64,000 nucleotides of DNA from Parcubacteria group bacterium LiPW_41 (lineage in GTDB: Bacteria > Patescibacteriota > Minisyncoccia > UBA6257 > GWB1-50-10), in assembly GCA_007375535.1 (NCBI GenBank), contig VMEM01000003.1, positions 100,531-164,530 of the forward strand. Direction: 5' to 3'. Every line of letters begins with the position of its first letter. The stretch's first letter is position 1. The position numbers and the translations under genes are program-made. Below the pieces are notes generated by a model, which was not told the origin of the DNA, did no database searches, and was given only the letters and a program-made list of their open reading frames with translations. Below are positions 58,893-64,000 of the stretch, piece by piece.

Positions 58893-60146
58893 ATGTGGGA
58901 TCCAGTTTCACAATTCCAAAAGAAAGTACTACCAAATGGTTTGTCGATCTATTTTGCGTTTATTCCTAATTGCGAAATTCAATCAACAAAATTTGTGGTA
59001 CATAGCGGTTCTATGCGCGATTCACTTGGTTTTCTTGGAACCGCTCATTTCTTGGAGCATATGGTTTCAAGTGAAATCGATACAGAAACACTTGATAATA
59101 TGTTTGATGAAGATGGGGGTGATTGTAATCTTGGTGTGACAAATAGAGTTCAAACGAAATATTCGTTCACTGCTCGTACTACTTCGTTCAAAACATTGTT
59201 TCAAATGTTTACAAACATGTTGCTTGCGCGAAGAAGCTTTTCTTCGGGCATCGAAAAAGAGCGCGACGTCATTCAACGTGAATTTCAGAGAAGATTCCGT
59301 TTCAAGGAAGAATATATGCTTGAAGAGCGTGAAACAAAAGCGTTATATGAAGAGTCTCACATTCTTTCGTATTTATATTCAACACTCGGAACACCAGAAA
59401 CAATCGCGGCAATTTCCGATGACGTTCTCTGCAAGTTTCATCAGATGTATTACGTTCCTTCGAACATGAGCATCATAACTATCGGTGGAATTCCGAAAGA
59501 AGAATTGTTTAGAAATATCCAAGACAGCTTGTTTGGCGAAACACAAAAATGGAATTCGTTATATTACGAACCAATTCCTAATATAGACATTGTGCGTATG
59601 CCGAATCCCAATAAGGAAATTCTTAAGGTTTCTGATTTTGCTTCGTTCACGCTAAATTCAATGAGTTTTTCTTCCACAGCAGTGATTCCTTCTTTTGTTG
59701 ATATGTTCGCAGTACTTATGTTCAAGCGCGCACTACAACGAAGACTTTTCAAAGAGGTTCGCGAAAAACGTTCGTGGACATATTCAATTCAATGCACTGC
59801 AGAACGTTTGCATTGCGCATATGAATTTATTATTAAATCGAAAGATTTGTCGCTCGATGCAGAGGATAAAATTATTCCACTCATCAATCAGTGTATAGGC
59901 GAAATTAAAGATGACGAACTTGGATTTAAAAAAATTCAGCGTGGTTTCGTAAATGAGCATAAGTTCATTGACCTCAATATCGTTGATACTCGTGATTCCG
60001 CAGTGGCACGCATCTTCGATCATGGGCGCATTCTCAATGCAGAAAAAATAATTGAAAAAATCAACTCAGTTAATTTCAACCAGATTCAAGAAGTGTGTGA
60101 TATGATGCAGGAAAAATTTCAGTATTATAAAATCATCCTCCCATAA
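58893..60146 (+). CDS. M16 (pitrilysin/insulinase) family zinc peptidase
   Basis: Inverted zinc motif HFLEHM (HxxEH) near the N-terminus; 417 aa single M16 unit; own promoter and RBS GGAGG. Confidence 0.6.
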   Translation: MWDPVSQFQKKVLPNGLSIYFAFIPNCEIQSTKFVVHSGSMRDSLGFLGTAHFLEHMVSSEIDTETLDNMFDEDGGDCNLGVTNRVQTKYSFTARTTSFKTLFQMFTNMLLARRSFSSGIEKERDVIQREFQRRFRFKEEYMLEERETKALYEESHILSYLYSTLGTPETIAAISDDVLCKFHQMYYVPSNMSIITIGGIPKEELFRNIQDSLFGETQKWNSLYYEPIPNIDIVRMPNPNKEILKVSDFASFTLNSMSFSSTAVIPSFVDMFAVLMFKRALQRRLFKEVREKRSWTYSIQCTAERLHCAYEFIIKSKDLSLDAEDKIIPLINQCIGEIKDDELGFKKIQRGFVNEHKFIDLNIVDTRDSAVARIFDHGRILNAEKIIEKINSVNFNQIQEVCDMMQEKFQYYKIILP

Positions 60147-60156
60147 TTTCTCATCA

Positions 60157-60185
60157 ACCCCTCCATTTTGGAGGGGATTTTTTAT
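60157..60185 (+). terminator. terminator CCCCTCCAttttGGAGGGG plus T-run
   Basis: GC hairpin then TTTTTTATTT. Confidence 0.5.
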
Positions 60186-60192
60186 TTAATAA

Positions 60193-61473
60193 TTATTGTG
60201 CATTATACAATGCAGTTATTTCTGACTGAGAAAGTGCTCGATTGTAGATTCGGATTTCATCAAGTGATCCAGTAAGTGCGTGTCCAACGCCACACCAACC
60301 AGTATCATAAATTCCAAAATGCATTCCTGATGTTTGGGTTCCATAAGTACTTGTAAGATTTTGCATTGATTTTTGCAAAACTCCATCAATATAAACAGAA
60401 TGTGTTCCACTGCTCAAATTAAATACATAAACAAAATGGTGCCACGCAGAATCTTTTGCTACTGAATACCCAGTGACTGGCGTGTATTGTGATAATGAGT
60501 TTGCAGCTTCAATGGCGTTGTCTCTTCCCCAAATACCGTAAAAACTTGCTGGATATGTATATGAAGTATAAAGGTGGAAGAGCGCCCCGCCAGCACTCAA
60601 ATTGTTCCACATAGCAATTGAAAAGTTATTTTGTGGAAGTGAATATAAAATATTTGATGCACCCATTCCCGTGATGCTTAATCCAGTGGGGCACGGTGTT
60701 GGAGATGATTTTGCAGACGCAAGTAGCTGAAATGAATTTCCAACTTTTCCAGTACTCCATGATGCGGTTGATCCAATTCCTCCTGCGGCTAACGTGTTTC
60801 CATATCCACTGCTATCCGAAGCATTTCCACCGCTCGTTTCATCTAATTTCCAATATCCAACAAGTCCATGAGTAAATGGTGTAAGTGATAAATTACTTCC
60901 GATTTCATATTGCACTGGATCAATACCGCCATCACTCGATGTTTTTGTTGCATATTTTGTTGATTCAAATACTGTTGTTAATTTAAACAATCCTGGAGTT
61001 GATGATGCGGTATACACATAGTATTGTCGTGTACTTGTCGATCCATTGGGATCAACGGGAAGTGTAGCAAGTGGAGAACCAACAGAAAGTGATGCAAGAT
61101 TTACTGGTATCCATCCAGTACCATCAATTTTTCTATATGTTGATGTTGATGCACATGCATATGCAAATCCTGAGGGTGGCGTTGGGAGTCCTAAGTTTGC
61201 ACATGTTGGCGATGAATCGGGGATCGAAATATAAATATTTGTTGATGTACCAAGTGTCGCACTTGCTTGGTCTGTGATTAGAAGTCCGATTGCTCTATTA
61301 AGTGATGCGAGGTCAGTAAGTCTTCGGGTGTCTCGTGATTGTTTAAGGAGTTCTCCAGGATTGATAACAACAACGATAACTGTCGCTAAAATGGCGAGTA
61401 TCGCAATTACCACAAGTAATTCAATTAATGTAAATGCGGAGGAATTATTTCTTTTATAAAAATCAAATCGCAT
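60193..61473 (-). CDS. type IV pilin-like protein with C-terminal LamG/concanavalin-like domain
   Basis: Prepilin N-terminus FTLIELLVVIAILAILATVIVVVINP (class III signal; -1 residue is Ala). C-terminal LDEIRIYNRALSQSEITALY typical of LamG-fold lectin domains. Confidence 0.65.
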   Translation of the reverse strand: MRFDFYKRNNSSAFTLIELLVVIAILAILATVIVVVINPGELLKQSRDTRRLTDLASLNRAIGLLITDQASATLGTSTNIYISIPDSSPTCANLGLPTPPSGFAYACASTSTYRKIDGTGWIPVNLASLSVGSPLATLPVDPNGSTSTRQYYVYTASSTPGLFKLTTVFESTKYATKTSSDGGIDPVQYEIGSNLSLTPFTHGLVGYWKLDETSGGNASDSSGYGNTLAAGGIGSTASWSTGKVGNSFQLLASAKSSPTPCPTGLSITGMGASNILYSLPQNNFSIAMWNNLSAGGALFHLYTSYTYPASFYGIWGRDNAIEAANSLSQYTPVTGYSVAKDSAWHHFVYVFNLSSGTHSVYIDGVLQKSMQNLTSTYGTQTSGMHFGIYDTGWCGVGHALTGSLDEIRIYNRALSQSEITALYNAQ

Positions 61474-61478
61474 AATAA

Positions 61479-62579
61479 TTAATACATTGGCCTCACAATC
61501 ACATCATCAATATAAAATTCACTTGGAACGGAACCTGGTTGAGAAAAATAAACTGCGTATACATTAAGTATTGCTGATGTGTCGTGTTCAAGTATTTTTT
61601 TCGTCCAACCCGTTTGAGTTCCACTCACGTCAGTAAATTCCCAACAACATGACGTGTTGCTACAAATACACGTCCATCCAAATGTTTTTCCTGGCGCTGC
61701 TTTGTAATATACCTGTCTAAAGACTCTCCGTGATGTGGGATTGAATGCGGTAAAGCCGTAATACGTTCCTTCGTTTCCCGCTCCTAAATCGGTAAGTAGG
61801 TGTAATGACTGACTTCCCGAATTTGCAGTTGTCGTTACTTTTTCTTTTAAGATAGGAGTGCTGTAATCTATCCACCCAGAAACTCCGGCAGCTTCCATGT
61901 CTCCATCTACAACTCTATTTTCCGGATCAAGTATCACGGTAAGGTTTGATCCGGTTTCATATAAATATTCATTATTTCCTCGATCAAGCGATGGTTTTCC
62001 AGTGAGGTCTGTTCGATATCCGTACTTTGTTGATTCCATTCGTGCATCAATTTCCCATTCGTTATTTTTTACTGAATACACATAATAGGTTCCACTCGAA
62101 GTTGCATTCGATGGGTCTTTTGGTAATCGAGAAAGAATTGATCCTGTTGATAGCGAGGTGAGATTCACCGGAATCCATCCAGTGCCATCAACTTTTTGAA
62201 AAAAGTCTGGCGAGTGACACTCGTACCTCCATCCAGATGGGGGAGTTGGAAATCCAAAAGTGGAGCAGGTTGATGTGGCACTTCCTGAAAGAGCGGGGTC
62301 GGGAATCGAGACATAATATACTTGTTGTTCTCCCAAATAGATATTTGATTGATCAACTAACAAAAGTCCAAGTGTTTTGTTGATGGTTGCAAGATCAGAA
62401 AGACGAGTTGAATCTCTTGATTGCTTTAATAACTCACCAGGATTGATGATCACTACAATGACCGTTGCCAAAATAGCCAAAATAGCTATGACTACCAAAA
62501 GTTCTATGAGAGTAAATCCCGCACCTTTTCTCTGTCCGCACAAAAGGTGCGGGGTATTTTTTCGAGAAAACCGAGTCAC
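61479..62579 (-). CDS. type IV pilin-like protein (paralogue, tandem)
   Basis: KGAG|FTLIELLVVIAILAILATVIVVIINP prepilin motif nearly identical to the neighbour over about 60 aa. The true start may be the TTG 8 codons upstream of the cleavage site. Confidence 0.6.
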   Translation of the reverse strand: MTRFSRKNTPHLLCGQRKGAGFTLIELLVVIAILAILATVIVVIINPGELLKQSRDSTRLSDLATINKTLGLLLVDQSNIYLGEQQVYYVSIPDPALSGSATSTCSTFGFPTPPSGWRYECHSPDFFQKVDGTGWIPVNLTSLSTGSILSRLPKDPSNATSSGTYYVYSVKNNEWEIDARMESTKYGYRTDLTGKPSLDRGNNEYLYETGSNLTVILDPENRVVDGDMEAAGVSGWIDYSTPILKEKVTTTANSGSQSLHLLTDLGAGNEGTYYGFTAFNPTSRRVFRQVYYKAAPGKTFGWTCICSNTSCCWEFTDVSGTQTGWTKKILEHDTSAILNVYAVYFSQPGSVPSEFYIDDVIVRPMY

Positions 62580-62604
62580 AATAAGAAAATTATATCACTA
62601 AATA

Positions 62605-62640
62605 TCACTTGCAGAAAATAAAAACGACCCCATCGGGGTC
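62605..62640 (-). terminator. terminator GACCCCGATGGGGTC plus T-run (minus strand), bidirectional
   Basis: Follows the 62642-62917 gene. Confidence 0.5.
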
Positions 62641-62641
62641 G

Positions 62642-62917
62642 CTATTTTTTAAATGCTTTTTCAACTTCTTCCTGGCATTCCTCTGGAATATAAAAGTTTC
62701 GATAAGTAAGTTTTGCGTCCTTGTGTTCTTCAATCAATCCCTTTATCCCCGCAATAATCGATTCGGCATTTTTCACTAAACAACCAACATCATAAAGTTC
62801 TCCCGAAGAAACACTTTTCATCTTTCGCAATTCTGCAAATCGTTCTCTAATTTCTTGAATCGTTCCAACTTGTATCTGATTTTCAAAAATGTATCCAGCA
62901 ATGAAAAGATCTCCCAT
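62642..62917 (-). CDS. hypothetical 91-aa protein
   Basis: ORF with terminator; no motif recognised. Confidence 0.4.
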   Translation of the reverse strand: MGDLFIAGYIFENQIQVGTIQEIRERFAELRKMKSVSSGELYDVGCLVKNAESIIAGIKGLIEEHKDAKLTYRNFYIPEECQEEVEKAFKK

Positions 62918-63123
62918 GCATATTTCCCTGCTTATAGTAGAAATGGGGCGATATGTTCCATTCTATTTAATAAACTTGATTGTTGTTTCGTCATCTGCAA
63001 ATATTCCACGATACAAATTCCCTTTCTCGTCAGTGTAAATTAATTTTACGGATCGTAGATGTACTTTTTGATCGCCATAGTCTGTTTCAGAATATCCTAC
63101 AAGCGTGAATTTTTTCTTTTTCA

Positions 63124-63537
63124 TCAAGCCCTCCGAAAGAAAATTGAAATAAATAGTGTGGCAAGTAATATAGCAAACGAAATAACAATACTTGCAACGC
63201 TTGCGAGAACAATTGCGGGGAGGAATCCAACGCCAAGTCCGGCAACAAGCGTAACAAAGAAAAATAGAAGTGAGAACGCAACAGCTATTGTTCCTGGGTC
63301 ATTCTTTATTTTATCGATGATTTTTACACCGAAATAGAGCACAAAGATATGAGCGGGGAGCAATAACAAGTCCCACCACCGCGAAATGGGTTCAACCTGA
63401 AGTCCGATAACCGACAACTCAAATTCCCACGATTCAAACGGTTGTTTAAATAGGGTACAAATCAAAAATAGAATAAATACCACTATCCACGATCCGGCTG
63501 TTATAATCAACATCCAGTCTTTTCCCTTCTTTTTCAT
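63124..63537 (-). CDS. hypothetical 4-TM membrane protein
   Basis: 137 aa, hydrophobic throughout. Confidence 0.45.
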   Translation of the reverse strand: MKKKGKDWMLIITAGSWIVVFILFLICTLFKQPFESWEFELSVIGLQVEPISRWWDLLLLPAHIFVLYFGVKIIDKIKNDPGTIAVAFSLLFFFVTLVAGLGVGFLPAIVLASVASIVISFAILLATLFISIFFRRA

Positions 63538-63699
63538 GATTCCCTCACGTTGTTAATGGTACCCCCAAAATACCACGTATCTGCCCACTTGGTCAAACTT
63601 TTCGCTTTAGAAATTTGTTTTTAAGTTTTCTAATTTTCTCAGTTTATTTTCGGTAATTAGATATTTGAATTTGCAGTGCCCTCCATAGTTTTAACGAAG

Positions 63700-63790
63700 G
63701 AGGGTTTAGGATTTAGGTTTTAGTGCTTAGGGTTTAATTTTCTATTCAATTAAAATTTGAAATTTAGAACTTAAAATTTTTCAGGTAGTT
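63700..63790. repeat. inverted copy of the AT-rich dispersed repeat plus CTAAA(C/T) tract
   Basis: Reverse complement reads GAAAAATTTTAAGTTCTAAATTTCAAATTTTAATTGAATAG...CTAAAACCTAAATCCTAAACC. Confidence 0.5.
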
Positions 63791-63808
63791 TTGTTCTATA
63801 ATAAACCT

Positions 63809-64000
63809 ATGAAAAAGAAAATTCTCTTTTTGGTTATTGGGGTCCTCGTTATAGGAATCGGATTGTTTCTAGTATTGAATACAAACCTGCTTACTTCTTC
63901 AACTAAAACACTCACACTCGAAGACGTGCAGAAAATAGAAAAAGACATAGACGGATGGAATGCTGACTACTCAAAGAAAGAAGGGGAACTGAAAGAGGGG
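63809..64000 (+). CDS. partial CDS, N-terminal signal/TM protein (runs off window)
   Basis: MKKKILFLVIGVLVIGIGLFLVLN...; start at 63809; no stop before the window end. Confidence 0.35.
   Translation, partial: MKKKILFLVIGVLVIGIGLFLVLNTNLLTSSTKTLTLEDVQKIEKDIDGWNADYSKKEGELKEG

Overview
This 64 kb window is an AT-rich (roughly 38-40% GC by eye), gene-dense bacterial chromosome segment that uses the standard genetic code. It has strong, well-spaced sigma70-type promoters (TTGACA/TTGACT, N16-17, TGTATAAT-like) and many hairpin-plus-T-run terminators. Gene content is housekeeping. The cell-division/cell-wall genes are mraZ-rsmH-ftsL-ftsI-murF and a separate ddl. The information-processing genes are gyrB, secE-nusG-rplK, gatB, miaA, thrS, dnaE, rnhB, rpmF, nusB-rnc-smc, rpsP-khpA-trmD, rpsB-tsf and rpmG. 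Five tRNAs are present: Glu, Tyr, two Thr and Trp. A 23S-5S rRNA pair is present with no 16S gene in the window. Transporters are an Nramp, an MFS, a CDF and an ABC exporter, plus an orphan substrate-binding protein. Two tandem type IV pilin genes and several hypothetical membrane proteins complete the set. The overall picture (reduced gene set, 723-aa SMC, 146-aa EF-Ts, pilins with LamG-like C-terminal domains, unlinked rRNA genes) fits a small-genome Patescibacteria/CPR-like organism; that assignment is inference. The most unusual material is non-coding or selfish. (1) GC-rich, highly structured inserts lie immediately 3' of tRNA-Tyr and tRNA-Thr, each bounded by a partial direct repeat of the tRNA 3' end (integration-scar or miniature-integrative-element signature). 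(2) An HTH plus degenerate LAGLIDADG-like gene is wedged between rpmG and tRNA-Trp and overlaps the tRNA. (3) The 23S-5S locus is preceded by duplicated promoter/terminator modules driving unassigned RNAs and an embedded small ORF. (4) A roughly 330-nt terminator-ended structured region sits upstream of a 926-aa protein that carries split, partly degenerate calcineurin-like phosphoesterase motifs. (5) A family of GCTAGTCCATGGACTAGC palindromic terminators and a dispersed 60-nt AT-rich intergenic repeat recur across the window. (6) A dTMP-kinase-like gene is split exactly at an A AAA AAA -1 slippery heptamer. (7) An ATP-cone::Mrr-nuclease fusion and a deoxyhypusine-synthase-like protein are present. 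No CRISPR array, transposase or integrase gene was seen.
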